Notes: generated by a model not told the origin, from the letters alone. A stretch of DNA of 64,000 bases from Candidatus Yanofskybacteria bacterium (GCA_016181175.1 JACOZV010000001.1:4643-68642); one strand, 5' to 3'. Shown: positions 47,305-56,896, counted from the first letter of the stretch. Translations and numbers: made by a program.

Positions 47305-47340
47305 ATAACAAAAACCACCGAATCGGTGGTTTTTGTTATG
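47305..47340. terminator. bidirectional terminator with a 17-bp stem
   Basis: CATAACAAAAACCACCG-aat-CGGTGGTTTTTGTTATG. Confidence 0.8.
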
Positions 47341-47413
47341 GTGGGCGGTATAGGATTCGGACCTATGACCCTCTCAACGTCAATGAGATGCTCTACCACT
47401 GAGCTAACCGCCC
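47339..47413 (-). tRNA. tRNA-Val (anticodon GAC), with an encoded CCA
   Basis: Acceptor GGGCGGT/ACCGCCC, loop TTGACGT, T-arm ATAGG-TCCGAAT-CCTAT. Confidence 0.85.
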
Positions 47414-47460
47414 TCACAGTAGATCTTAAAAATAAGGATTTGTTTGAGGTTTTTCTACTG

Positions 47461-47544
47461 TGCGCGGGAGAGGATTCGAACCTCCATGCCCTTGCGAGCG
47501 CTACCACCTCAAGGTAGTGCGTCTACCAGTTTCGCCACCCGCGC
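47461..47544 (-). tRNA. tRNA-Leu (anticodon GAG), type II with a long variable arm
   Basis: Acceptor GCGCGGG/CCCGCGC, loop TTGAGGT, 15-nt variable arm, T-arm GGAGG-TTCGAAT-CCTCT. Confidence 0.85.
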
Positions 47545-47553
47545 ATAATTTTC

Positions 47554-47970
47554 TTAAGATTCTTGGATTGAGCTGGTTTCTCGGGTTTTGTTTTGGGATT
47601 TAGAGCCAGAAACTTTTGGTTCGATAAGCTTTGTTTTTTTACGGGTTTCGCGTGCAGTTTTGTGGCGAAGATAATAAAGCTTGGCTCGGCGAACTTTTGC
47701 GGTTTTAATAATTTCAAATTTTTCAACGGCAGGGGAATGCAATGGAAAAATACGCTCCACGCCAACGCCGTTTGATATTTTACGAACAGTAATTGTCGCA
47801 CTAGATCCTGAGCCGTGTTTTTGAGCAATAACAATACCCTCAAAGATTTGAGTCCTTGTTTTCGCGCCCTCCTTTATCTTTTGGTAAACCTTAACCGTTT
47901 GACCGGAGCGAATATCCGGTAGCGTTTTATTAGTCGATAAAGTTGAATTAAAATGATGCAGTATATTCAT
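47554..47970 (-). CDS. rplS: 50S ribosomal protein L19 with a basic C-terminal extension
   Basis: RSGQTVKV...IFEGIVIA...RKIS.G.GVER.F..HSP motifs of L19. Confidence 0.85.
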   Translation of the reverse strand: MNILHHFNSTLSTNKTLPDIRSGQTVKVYQKIKEGAKTRTQIFEGIVIAQKHGSGSSATITVRKISNGVGVERIFPLHSPAVEKFEIIKTAKVRRAKLYYLRHKTARETRKKTKLIEPKVSGSKSQNKTRETSSIQES

Positions 47971-48240
47971 ATGTAAACACTATATATTAACCTACTTTTT
48001 ATTGCAAGAAAAAAGTCAGCTTCCAGCAGTCAAATTAACCAAGAATTACATTGTATTATAAGTTATATTATAAACCAAAATACTTCAAAAACAATTTTTA
48101 AAGTAAATTTAATTTTATTAGTCTAAACGCCTTGTTATATATAGCAAGAATTTATGTATAAGTCTAGAAAATCAAACGGGGGATAACTAATTTGGGTGTT
48201 ACGATGGACTATGCTAGTATATTAGTAATAAATAATCACC

Positions 48241-48942
48241 GTGGTTCAGTTTAGTAAAAACTTACAAAAAAACGCGGCAATCGACCTCCGTAAGAAGGGA
48301 CTTTCGTATGCTGAAATTAAAAGAGAGATTTTAGTACCCAAATCTACCCTTTCCACGTGGCTTAAGAAGATAAAATTAAGCGAATCCCAGATCCAAAAAC
48401 TAAAAAATAGACGGCTTAAAATTGCCAGAGATAATTCCCAGAAAAAAATTTTAATAACCTCTCAAAAAATCGAAGAAATAAAAAATTCTTCAGCTAAAGA
48501 TTTAAAGAAAATTTCTAAAAGAGAACTTTGGTTGATGGGGGTTGTGCTTTATTGGAGAGAAAGACTTTTGCACAACAACGAAAGTGATTTGCGTAAAGGC
48601 GTCCGTTTCACAAGTTCCGATCCCAGTATTATAAAATTCTTTTTGAAGTGGTTACAAGATATTGGTCAGTTGGAAAAAGAAGAAATTGGATTTGACATCT
48701 TTCTTATTAATGGAAAAGTAGCAGCGGAAGCAATTGATTACTGGTCGCAAATTACTGACTTACCCAAGGACTATTTTCCCCGTGTTTATTTTCAAAAGAA
48801 CAGAAGAAAAAGAACCAAGAAAAAAAGTTCAAAAAGGGCGCATCACGGTTTATTAAGGGTGAGAATAAAAGCGAGTTCTATGCTGGCCAGACAAATTTCT
48901 GGCTGGGTAAAATCTATAGTTGATGAGATTGATAAACATTAA
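48241..48942 (+). CDS. hypothetical protein with an N-terminal helix-turn-helix (possibly mobile-element related); GTG start
   Basis: LSYAEIKREILVPKSTLSTWLKK HTH-like segment; basic KKRTKKK tract; no in-frame ATG near the ORF start; preceded by 270 bp of very AT-rich DNA. Confidence 0.3.
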   Translation: MVQFSKNLQKNAAIDLRKKGLSYAEIKREILVPKSTLSTWLKKIKLSESQIQKLKNRRLKIARDNSQKKILITSQKIEEIKNSSAKDLKKISKRELWLMGVVLYWRERLLHNNESDLRKGVRFTSSDPSIIKFFLKWLQDIGQLEKEEIGFDIFLINGKVAAEAIDYWSQITDLPKDYFPRVYFQKNRRKRTKKKSSKRAHHGLLRVRIKASSMLARQISGWVKSIVDEIDKH

Positions 48943-48957
48943 TAAAAGTATGACAGT

Positions 48958-49866
48958 TTAGTAATCTTTTGTAGCCACTTCTAGAGTAGATAAAAATTCA
49001 TTTAATTCTTGTGGAAGGTCGGTTTCAGCCGTTAACGCTTCACCAGCCGGAGATACAAAAGACAGCTTTTGCGCATGTAGAAATAACCGTCCCAGCCCCG
49101 GGGGGCAGGTGTTGTTTTTGCCGGCATAAAGCGCATCACAAACAACTGGATGGCCAACTGATTTTAGATGAACGCGGATTTGGTGAGTGCGCCCAGTTTG
49201 CGGGGAAACTTCCAAGAGAGAATAACTCGCGGTGTGTAGCAAGTGGTAACTTAAAACTTTGTATTGGGTAATAGCTGATTTTTCTTTAAGTTCGTGTTTT
49301 CCGTGGACTTTGGTGGTTTGTCGGGTACTGCCTGTCCGGCCTGGAAGTTTAGCAAGCGGTGTTTCTATCACGCCGCTTTTGTTTTTGAGGTGGCCGTAGA
49401 CTAAGGCTAGATATGTTTTTTTAATTTTGTGTTCTTGAAAAAGTTTTTTAAAATAGTCAAAAGCTGATTGTGTTTTTGCAGCTAATAATAACCCAGAGGT
49501 TTCTCGGTCTAGACGGTGAACGATACCTGGCCTCAAATCCGTCCATTTATCCAGCACCAGTTTGGGCTCTTCCAAACTGGTGCTGGACGAGCCGACTCCT
49601 GTGCCATAGGGGTCGCATACACTGGCTACTTCCGGATATTTTTCCAAGAGCCAGCCGACCACGCTTTCACTTTTGTCCTGGCGATTAACGGGATGCGTCC
49701 CGTTAGAAGTAGCCTCGCCGAGGTCCTCCGGACTCGCGCCTTTGGCGCGAGCGAGACTTCTAACGGGATGCGTTAAAAGCCCAGCGGGTTTATCAATAAT
49801 TAAGAAATCGCGGTTTTCGTAAATAATTTTGATTCGAGCCATTAGGCTCGGTGTTGACTTTTCCAT
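48958..49866 (-). CDS. rluD: RluA-family 23S rRNA pseudouridine synthase, carrying an in-frame 25-aa insertion
   Basis: HRLDRETSGLLLAAKT catalytic Asp motif; FLIIDKPAGLLTHP; start set at MEKSTPSL (49866). Confidence 0.8.
   Translation of the reverse strand: MEKSTPSLMARIKIIYENRDFLIIDKPAGLLTHPVRSLARAKGASPEDLGEATSNGTHPVNRQDKSESVVGWLLEKYPEVASVCDPYGTGVGSSSTSLEEPKLVLDKWTDLRPGIVHRLDRETSGLLLAAKTQSAFDYFKKLFQEHKIKKTYLALVYGHLKNKSGVIETPLAKLPGRTGSTRQTTKVHGKHELKEKSAITQYKVLSYHLLHTASYSLLEVSPQTGRTHQIRVHLKSVGHPVVCDALYAGKNNTCPPGLGRLFLHAQKLSFVSPAGEALTAETDLPQELNEFLSTLEVATKDY
49686..49773. mobile_element. MITE-like GC-rich palindromic insertion inside rluA, flanked by a 13-bp direct repeat TAACGGGATGCGT
   Basis: Direct repeats at 49686-49698 and 49761-49773, 75 bp apart. 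Internal inverted repeats CGTTAGAAGT / ACTTCTAACG and a hairpin CTCGCGCC-ttt-GGCGCGAG. Confidence 0.5.
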
Positions 49867-49898
49867 AGTAAAGAATATTATGCGGCAATAATTGTGCT

Positions 49899-50915
49899 TT
49901 GACAAGTAAAAGAGGAATAATGATGCACAAAGGAAAAGCCAAGAGTTCCCAACTGATTCTTTATCCAGACGGGACACTTTATCATATAGACCTCAAACGT
50001 TCGGATAATATCCCGTTGAATATTTTCTTGGTTGGAGCGGCTGGACGTGTTGATGAAATTGCCAAATATTTTAACCAAGTAACTTTTTCACATCGCAACA
50101 AAGAGCGCCCCGAATTTTATATTGTATCAGGCATATATAAAGGCGTGTCAATGGCGGCTATGTCTATTGGTATAGGCGTGGCCAATGTTGAGATTGCACT
50201 CAATGAATTACATGCCCTTTTCGAATATGATCATGTGAAAGATTGCTGGAGCGGCGCGCCCGCTAAGGTAAATATCATCAGGGTAGGTACTGCCGGAACT
50301 ACATTGAAAGAAATTCCCATAGGGACGCTAGCAATTTCTTTTTACGGTTTAGGTTTGGATAATTTAGATAATTTTTATTGCTGTTACCGGTATTGTGATA
50401 GGCAATATCAGCTTTTAAAAAATATGGCAATAAGTTTGGAAAATGAATTTCAAAAAACTCAACTTGGAAAGCTCATCAAGTCCTCTTATGTTTCTCCTGC
50501 TGACCGTGAAATCGCTTGGGTGTTGAAAAATAAAGCCTGCGAGATTGATGAACTGGCAATGATTGCAGGCGGCATTACCCTTGCCTCACCCGGATTTTTT
50601 GGCCCTGAAGGCAGAGCAATCGGTCGTATACAGACCTTATTTACCCAGCATGATTTTGTTGAGACAATTTCAAATTTTGAAAGCCACGGTTTGAAGATTG
50701 TTAATATGGAAATGGAAACAAGCATTCTTTTCCGTCTTGCCAATGAAATACTCGGCTGGCGGGCGGGGGCGATTTGCGCGGTTTTGGATAATTTGCAAAC
50801 CGACGAGATGATCGATTCGGATTTTGCCAAAGAGCGGGTCCATGTTTGCATTAAGGTAGCGCTAGAAGCGATGGTTGCTTTGGTGAATAAACCAGTATTA
50901 ATACTAAAAAGTTAA
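49899..50915 (+). CDS. nucleoside phosphorylase family protein (PNP/UDP/MTAP fold)
   Basis: IIRVGTAGT and ME.E motifs typical of PNP_UDP_1; the start could be the MMHKG codons downstream. Confidence 0.5.
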   Translation: MTSKRGIMMHKGKAKSSQLILYPDGTLYHIDLKRSDNIPLNIFLVGAAGRVDEIAKYFNQVTFSHRNKERPEFYIVSGIYKGVSMAAMSIGIGVANVEIALNELHALFEYDHVKDCWSGAPAKVNIIRVGTAGTTLKEIPIGTLAISFYGLGLDNLDNFYCCYRYCDRQYQLLKNMAISLENEFQKTQLGKLIKSSYVSPADREIAWVLKNKACEIDELAMIAGGITLASPGFFGPEGRAIGRIQTLFTQHDFVETISNFESHGLKIVNMEMETSILFRLANEILGWRAGAICAVLDNLQTDEMIDSDFAKERVHVCIKVALEAMVALVNKPVLILKS

Positions 50916-50950
50916 TAAAAATCGGCAATAATGCCGTTTTTTTTGTTTGT

Positions 50951-51631
50951 TTAAGGATTTTTCCAGAATGGCGTAGAAGCGCCAACAATTAATTTTTCAG
51001 GTGGCAAAAAGTCCCAGAGTGGTTCTACTTGACTTAACTTTCTTACACCGCCAGACAGTTTTTTAATCAAATTGGGTGCGGCTTCGTGCATCCATTTGAT
51101 ATGTTGAATTTTTACTTCTGGTGGCACGTTATCAACCATCGTTGTGGAAGTTTTTACACAAAAAGCCTTACTGGTTGCAACCAACTCGGTCGCTAATTTT
51201 ATCTTATTTTCATCATACCAGGGATGTCCGCTTTCTATGATAACTTTAGTGGCGTCCGGAAATATTTCTACTAAACAAGTGAGCTCGTCAATAATTTCAG
51301 CAAATTTGCCCTCACGGAGAAAGGCGGTGTTTAGTACAGTATCAATTTCATTGGCTCCGGCATCACTTGCAATAATTGCCGCGCAATGTTTTAAAGATAT
51401 TCCACCTCTTCCTAGAGGAAAATCATTTACAACGGATACCAAGATTCCGCTTCCTTCGAGAATCACCTTACACAGTTTTATTACGTTTGGATCTGGCAAA
51501 ACGCAAACAGATCTAATAACAGTTCGATTTTCTTCCTGCAGAGCTTCTTCGCAGAAACGTTTAAAATCTGCCAATGTCGTATCCGGATATACAAGAGTAT
51601 AGTCGACATAAGCTTTTTTTGTAGGATTCAT
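50951..51631 (-). CDS. deoC: deoxyribose-phosphate aldolase
   Basis: VCVLPDPNVIKL...DFPLGRGG and Schiff-base lysine region FCVKTSTT. Confidence 0.7.
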   Translation of the reverse strand: MNPTKKAYVDYTLVYPDTTLADFKRFCEEALQEENRTVIRSVCVLPDPNVIKLCKVILEGSGILVSVVNDFPLGRGGISLKHCAAIIASDAGANEIDTVLNTAFLREGKFAEIIDELTCLVEIFPDATKVIIESGHPWYDENKIKLATELVATSKAFCVKTSTTMVDNVPPEVKIQHIKWMHEAAPNLIKKLSGGVRKLSQVEPLWDFLPPEKLIVGASTPFWKNP

Positions 51632-51710
51632 TTGTGCCCCCTGATTTAAAAGTTCGAATCTAAAAGAGTAGTAGCATGCTTAAAAAAAATAAGCAATAAA
51701 CAAAATTAAG

Positions 51711-51729
51711 TGTGGGCGCTGAGAGATTT
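51711..51729 (-). repeat. duplicate of the 3' end of tRNA-Val(TAC), 18/19 identity
   Basis: GTGGGCGCTGAGAGATTTG against GTGGGCGCTGAGGGATTTG at 51861-51879. Confidence 0.7.
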
Positions 51730-51861
51730 GCCTACGAATCAAATTTTCTTCCGAAAATTTGTTCACAGGCTGTCCCTCGCGGTTTTGCCTCCCAATTGTC
51801 GGCAAAACATCGCTGCGGTCTTCAAATCCTCACGCAAGCAAATAAATTTGCTTGCTAGCGG

Positions 51862-51934
51862 TGGGCGCTGAGGGATTTGAACCCCCGACTTCTTCCGTGT
51901 AAAGGAAGCACTCTGGCCACTGAGTTAAGCGCCC
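51862..51934 (-). tRNA. tRNA-Val (anticodon TAC)
   Basis: Acceptor GGGCGCT/AGCGCCC, loop TTTACAC, T-arm GGGGG-TTCAAAT-CCCTC. Confidence 0.85.
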
Positions 51935-52133
51935 TTTTTATTTGATAACCATGAAATGCAAACTCCTGCGAAGTTAATCAAAAAGCCAATAAATATGATT
52001 ATGTGGAACGGAGTGATAAGACCTTCGGGAGATTTTATCCCTATATCAAAGTGATGCAAAATATCTAGAAGCATGCCAACCGCTTCAACACCTGTCCCTA
52101 CGAAGCTAATTTTAATTCCTGTTTTGAATTGCA

Positions 52134-52208
52134 TGGTGCGGCCGGTTGGATTCGAACCAACAGCCTCGGTCTTATAAGGACCTTGCTCCGCCATTGAGCT
52201 ACGGCCGC
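52134..52208 (-). tRNA. tRNA with anticodon TAT (would decode AUA, i.e. Ile, if functional); CCA encoded
   Basis: Acceptor GCGGCCG/CGGCCGC, D-arm GCTC-AATGGCG-GAGC, anticodon loop CTTATAA on a 4-bp stem with an A-G mismatch, T-arm GTTGG-TTCGAAT-CCAAC, short variable arm. Confidence 0.6.
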
Positions 52209-52288
52209 GCTGATTTCATTCTCAAATCTAACAAAAAAGACAGTTGCGGACAATTGTAAAAAAGACAAGACCATGAATTTTGATACGT

Positions 52289-54109
52289 TTAACTGACTAG
52301 CGCGTAGAACTCTTTTTGTTCAAGAGTTTCTTTTTCTATGAGTTTTCTGGCTATTTTTTCAAGAGTAGCCATTTTTTTGTTTATTATTTCCTGGGCTTTC
52401 TTAAGTCCTTTTGTAATAAAACTCTTAACCTCACCGTCTATTTGGAAGGCAATTTCGTTAGAATAATTTTTTTCGGTGCCGAGTTCTTTGCCGAGAAATA
52501 CCAGTTCTTCTTTTTCGCCAAAAGTTATTGGCCCCAATTTGTCAGACATGCCATATTGCGTGACCATTTTGCGTGCAAGTTCCGAAGCAACTTTTAAATC
52601 ATTTGAGGCACCAGTTGTTAGTTCATTAAATATTAATTTTTCTGCGGCGTAACCACCCAAAAGCACTGCCAATTCCGATTCAAATTCTGAACGCGATCGC
52701 AAGTGTTTGTCTTCGAGGGGTAATTTAAGTGTATATCCGCCGGCTCGTCCACGCGATACGATGGAAACTTTATGTATCGGATCGGTGTGCGGCAAGGCGG
52801 TGGCAACTAAAGCGTGGCCGGCTTCATGATAAGCGGCTATCTCTTTTTCTTTTTTGGTAAACACATGCGATCTTCGCTCCGGACCGAGCATGACTTTTTC
52901 GATTGATTGCAAAAGATTTTCTTGCGTGATCTCTTTTTGGTTTTTACGAGCGGCTAAAATTGCAGCTTCATTGAGCAAATTGGCCAAGTCTGCGCCTGAA
53001 AATCCCGGTGTGCGTTCAGAGACGACTTTTAGGTCGGTATTTTTGGCGAGTGGCTTATCCAGAGCATGTATGTGGAGTATTGCTTCACGGTCTTTCATGG
53101 ACGGCTCATCAAGTATTATGCGTCGGTCAAATCGTCCCGGACGTAACAATGCCGGGTCTAATATATCCGGTCGGTTAGTTGCTGCCATTACTATGACGGC
53201 ATCGTTTGTATCAAATCCATCCATTTCAACAAGTATTTGGTTGAGGGTTTGTTCGCGTTCATCGTGGCCGCCGCCAAGCCCTGCTCCGCGGTGTCGGCCA
53301 ACGGCGTCAATCTCATCAATGAAAACAATCGACGGCGCGGTTTTTTTAGCCACTTCAAAAGTATCGCGTACGCGGTTAGCGCCAACTCCCACAAACATTT
53401 CTACAAATTCAGAACCGGACACATAATAAAAAGGAACCCCAGCTTCATTAGCCACTGCCTTGGCAAGTAAAGTTTTGCCTGTACCTGGTGATCCTACAAG
53501 TAGTACTCCTCTAGGAATGCGAGCGCCTAGTTTTTGGAATTTCTTGGGATCACGCAAAAACTCCACAACTTCAGTAATTTCTTCTTTAGCTTCTGTAAGT
53601 CCAGCCACGTCACCAAAAGTAACTTTCTTTTTGCCGTTGCCGTCGTTGCCAGCTAGACGCGCCTTAGTTTTTCCGAAAGTAAAAGCAGACATTGATCCCC
53701 GTTGAGCTTGGCGGAACATGAACCAAAACAAAAAGACAACCAAAAGGAACGGAAGAACTATTGGCAAAAAGTTCACAATATAGAATCCGAATCCCGATTC
53801 ATTTTTTACATCCAGACTAACTTTGGTTAACTTATCTTTTTCAGTACCCAGGTTTATCAGGGTATCGCTAACTGATGAGCCGGCTTCTTTTTTGGATGTT
53901 TCCTTTTTGCTGTCATTAAGCACTATATCTAGTTTTTCTCCGCGCACAGTAACTTCCTTAACTTGGCCTTGGTTTATTTGGTTAACCAGGGTAGTCAGTG
54001 AAATTTCGTTATTTTCTTGAGAAAGAGGTGAGCGTATAATCGCGACAAAACCTGATATAACCAAAAATATCAGGAAAACGATAAGGACATATTTAATTAA
54101 TGATTTCAT
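52289..54109 (-). CDS. ftsH: ATP-dependent zinc metalloprotease FtsH
   Basis: AAA Walker A GSPGTGKT, Walker [10 protein letters not shown], second region of homology, HEAGHAL zinc motif; start set at MKSLIKYVL. Confidence 0.92.
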   Translation of the reverse strand: MKSLIKYVLIVFLIFLVISGFVAIIRSPLSQENNEISLTTLVNQINQGQVKEVTVRGEKLDIVLNDSKKETSKKEAGSSVSDTLINLGTEKDKLTKVSLDVKNESGFGFYIVNFLPIVLPFLLVVFLFWFMFRQAQRGSMSAFTFGKTKARLAGNDGNGKKKVTFGDVAGLTEAKEEITEVVEFLRDPKKFQKLGARIPRGVLLVGSPGTGKTLLAKAVANEAGVPFYYVSGSEFVEMFVGVGANRVRDTFEVAKKTAPSIVFIDEIDAVGRHRGAGLGGGHDEREQTLNQILVEMDGFDTNDAVIVMAATNRPDILDPALLRPGRFDRRIILDEPSMKDREAILHIHALDKPLAKNTDLKVVSERTPGFSGADLANLLNEAAILAARKNQKEITQENLLQSIEKVMLGPERRSHVFTKKEKEIAAYHEAGHALVATALPHTDPIHKVSIVSRGRAGGYTLKLPLEDKHLRSRSEFESELAVLLGGYAAEKLIFNELTTGASNDLKVASELARKMVTQYGMSDKLGPITFGEKEELVFLGKELGTEKNYSNEIAFQIDGEVKSFITKGLKKAQEIINKKMATLEKIARKLIEKETLEQKEFYALVS

Positions 54110-54165
54110 AATTAAAAGTACTTTAACATTAAAATTTAAAAGATTCAAGCTGCCATTGACTTTTA

Positions 54166-54174
54166 TGGTATAAT
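54166..54174 (+). promoter_or_regulatory. extended -10 promoter element TGGTATAAT upstream of the island's first gene
   Basis: Read directly; about 45 nt upstream of the ATG at 54221, and divergent from ftsH. Confidence 0.4.
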
Positions 54175-54220
54175 TTGATAACATTAAGAAAGTAAGTTCG
54201 TTCACAACTAAGGAGTTAAT

Positions 54221-55255
54221 ATGAATTCACAGATGGGCTTGCAGGTAGCCCAAACGACTTGCGATCAGGAAGCGGTGGTGTCGCGCAAACGGCAACGCGT
54301 GCGCGGCACCACCAAAACGAGAAAACAAGTTCCACAAACCCACTCCCGCCGTCGTTACCTAAGGATGGCCATTGGTTTCACTCACGAGATAGTTGAAGGC
54401 TATCTTGAGCGTTGGCGAAAGGAAGTCCAAGTCTGGGTTGGTCGGGAGAAGAAGTGGGTTTCTGCTGAGCAGGCCGATCCTGATCAGCAGGTAACGGATC
54501 GGAATACCGGACAGTCGTGCTATCGTCAGGTTCGGTTAACTGACGAAGACGGTTTTCCGACGGAACGGTGGGTAGAAACTGGCCGATACCCGTCTATCCC
54601 AACAGTGATTAGGTTTGAGAAGGGTGCGCCCCTTCCAAACATAATCAAAACAGCAACACCGCGAGAGCAACGACACCATTCTGATCAGTGTGCCGGCGGA
54701 TTCCGGTTCTTTTATGTCGAGCCGCCAAAACCGTCTCGGCCGTCGATTCAGTGGATTCCGGCCAGTGATACAGAAAAGCGGCGAGAGTTTTTGAAAAGTT
54801 TGCCGCAAGCTTCGCCGGAAATCCAAGCCATCCTCAACAATCCGCCCGAACCAGAACCTGTCCCAGAGCAGTGGTTCCGGGTAGATCTTCCGGAGGTTGC
54901 CATGCAGGACAACCAATGGGAAGAAGGCGGATATGAGGAAGACCCTCCGCCGGATGCGAGGGTAAACTTTCCCCAGGGCTGGTGCTGCAAGCTCGTCCAA
55001 CAGCCGAAGTTTAACTTCGGCGTGATCGCTGACCCCAACTGGATATACGTCCAGTTGCCTTTCCATTATTGGTCCTGGGATTACGAGCGTAAAACCGGTC
55101 GTCCGAAACAAGTTTTCAGGACTGATAGTGCCGGTGGGCGGAACGGAAGTGTGGAATGTGGCATCTGGATTCCACGCTGGTTGCTGGTACCCATCAATAC
55201 CAGAGAAGCCCGTGAAATCTTTGACCTGCTTGAACAGCAGGTCAAAGAGCAATAA
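54221..55255 (+). CDS. hypothetical protein (GC-rich, Trp/Pro/Glu-rich)
   Basis: SD AAGGAG 7 nt upstream; local GC about 55-58%. Confidence 0.4.
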   Translation: MNSQMGLQVAQTTCDQEAVVSRKRQRVRGTTKTRKQVPQTHSRRRYLRMAIGFTHEIVEGYLERWRKEVQVWVGREKKWVSAEQADPDQQVTDRNTGQSCYRQVRLTDEDGFPTERWVETGRYPSIPTVIRFEKGAPLPNIIKTATPREQRHHSDQCAGGFRFFYVEPPKPSRPSIQWIPASDTEKRREFLKSLPQASPEIQAILNNPPEPEPVPEQWFRVDLPEVAMQDNQWEEGGYEEDPPPDARVNFPQGWCCKLVQQPKFNFGVIADPNWIYVQLPFHYWSWDYERKTGRPKQVFRTDSAGGRNGSVECGIWIPRWLLVPINTREAREIFDLLEQQVKEQ

Positions 55256-55403
55256 CTTACGAAAGGCAAGACCGGCAAATTGCCCAACGTTTTTCACCCC
55301 CCGCTTGCGGTCAGCGGGGTTTTTATTGCTTGACGCAATGTTTATTAAATGATACAATATAACTTCGTTGTTGTTTTACAATTGTATTACAAGGAGAGAG
55401 AAA

Positions 55404-56798
55404 ATGCCCAGTTTAAGAATCAAAGGTCTTGGAGGTATTAATGAAATTGGAGCCTCATCTGCCCAAATTGAATTTCCGGATATTAACCGGAATATTCTTA
55501 TTGATTCCGGTGTCCGCATGGTTAATAACCGTGGTTATAACGGTGGTCTAGTAAGACGAACCGAGGGCCACGCTTTACCAGACGTGAGAATTGACAGTGT
55601 CCTGATTACTCACGGACACAGTGATCATCATGGTAATTTGCCTCGCCTTTGGCCGGGAATTATTGCGGCCAATCCCGAGGCTAAGGTCTTTATGACCAGA
55701 CCTACTTTTTATATCGCTGGTAATCTCTGGTTCAACACCTCTTTCTTAATGGCCAATGGAAAGATCAGCGTTGATTTGGATTATGAGGCCAATTTTACCG
55801 AAGGTATGAGGATGATTCTCGAACAGGCGGGGAAGAACCTGGTTACAAAACCCGGCTGGACGGAAATTTTCCCCGGCGTTGAAGCGTATTTCGGTCCCAA
55901 TGGGCATATCAGGGGATCGGCGTTCATTGTTGTGCGAGCCAATGGTAAGCTAGTGATGTTTTCGGGCGACATATCGGTTTACGATAGCCCGACAGTTAAA
56001 GGCATGAAGGTGCCGGAAGAATTTATCGGCAAACTTGATGCAATTTTTGTTGAAGCAACATATGGTGATCGCGTGTTGATACCGCGATCGGAAGAAGAAG
56101 ACAGAATGGCATATCTGGCGAAGGAAACCATTGGTCGGGGAGGAATATGCCTGGCTCCGGCATTTGGAGTCGGCCGTAGTCCTGATGCCGTTCTAGCGCA
56201 AGAGATAAGAGGAGTTGCACCCCTATATGTTGATGGCATGGGGAGGGACTCACTCGATATTTGCGCAGATCCAAAAAAAGGATTCTGGTGTGAGCTGGAT
56301 CATCTGTCTGATGTTGATTTGTCCGCATCAGGAATAAAGTACGTAGGAAATAGCGGTGAGCGCAAAGATTTAATTTACGAGGGGAGCGGATTTAGTGTGG
56401 TAACAACCGCCGGAATGATAGTTGAGGGCAGTTGTGCCTATCAATACGCTACCCGAAACGGTTTTCTACGAGATAGTTTTAACCGGTTGCTTTTAACCGG
56501 CTACCAGGCCGAGAATACTGAGGGGCGAGAGATAGAAGAGGGCGTCTCGGTGGGAAGGCCGATTCATTTAGGGGGTCGGTTGATACAAGTTCAGGCCGAT
56601 GTGCCGCCGCGATTACAGCTTTCTTCACACGCCGACGGTCTGCAAATAGCTGATATTGTTAAAACCCTTCAGCCCAAAAAAGTTTTTATCAATCACGGTA
56701 AAGATAGCGGCCGTGAGGGGCTGAAGCACAATCTTGAGTCTCTTGGTTTTGGTGGAGACGTATACTTACCCCGAAATGGGGACGTGATTGAAATTTAA
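55404..56798 (+). CDS. metallo-β-lactamase-fold nuclease with β-CASP-like motifs (RNase J/CPSF-like)
   Basis: HGHSDHHG (HxHxDH) at LITHGHSDHHGNL; later SSHAD and NHG motifs resembling β-CASP motifs B and C; SD GGAGAGAG upstream of the ATG at 55404. Confidence 0.55.
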   Translation: MPSLRIKGLGGINEIGASSAQIEFPDINRNILIDSGVRMVNNRGYNGGLVRRTEGHALPDVRIDSVLITHGHSDHHGNLPRLWPGIIAANPEAKVFMTRPTFYIAGNLWFNTSFLMANGKISVDLDYEANFTEGMRMILEQAGKNLVTKPGWTEIFPGVEAYFGPNGHIRGSAFIVVRANGKLVMFSGDISVYDSPTVKGMKVPEEFIGKLDAIFVEATYGDRVLIPRSEEEDRMAYLAKETIGRGGICLAPAFGVGRSPDAVLAQEIRGVAPLYVDGMGRDSLDICADPKKGFWCELDHLSDVDLSASGIKYVGNSGERKDLIYEGSGFSVVTTAGMIVEGSCAYQYATRNGFLRDSFNRLLLTGYQAENTEGREIEEGVSVGRPIHLGGRLIQVQADVPPRLQLSSHADGLQIADIVKTLQPKKVFINHGKDSGREGLKHNLESLGFGGDVYLPRNGDVIEI

Positions 56799-56867
56799 AT
56801 TAAAACCGGCTTAATATAGCCAAAGCCCTTGTTTAATCTCACTGTTTGCCGCCAAGGCATAGTGGGA

Positions 56868-56896
56868 TTGACAAGGGTTTTTTAATTTGCTATAAT
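56868..56896 (+). promoter_or_regulatory. consensus σ70 promoter (TTGACA, 17 nt, TATAAT)
   Basis: TTGACA 56868-56873, 17-nt spacer, TATAAT 56891-56896; about 210 nt upstream of the ATG at 57113. Confidence 0.7.

Noticed and set aside
49011-49776. Several 72-86-aa plus-strand ORFs inside the rluA region
   Set aside because: They are antisense to a well-supported RluA-family gene and are inflated by the GC-rich palindromic insert, so I did not call them.
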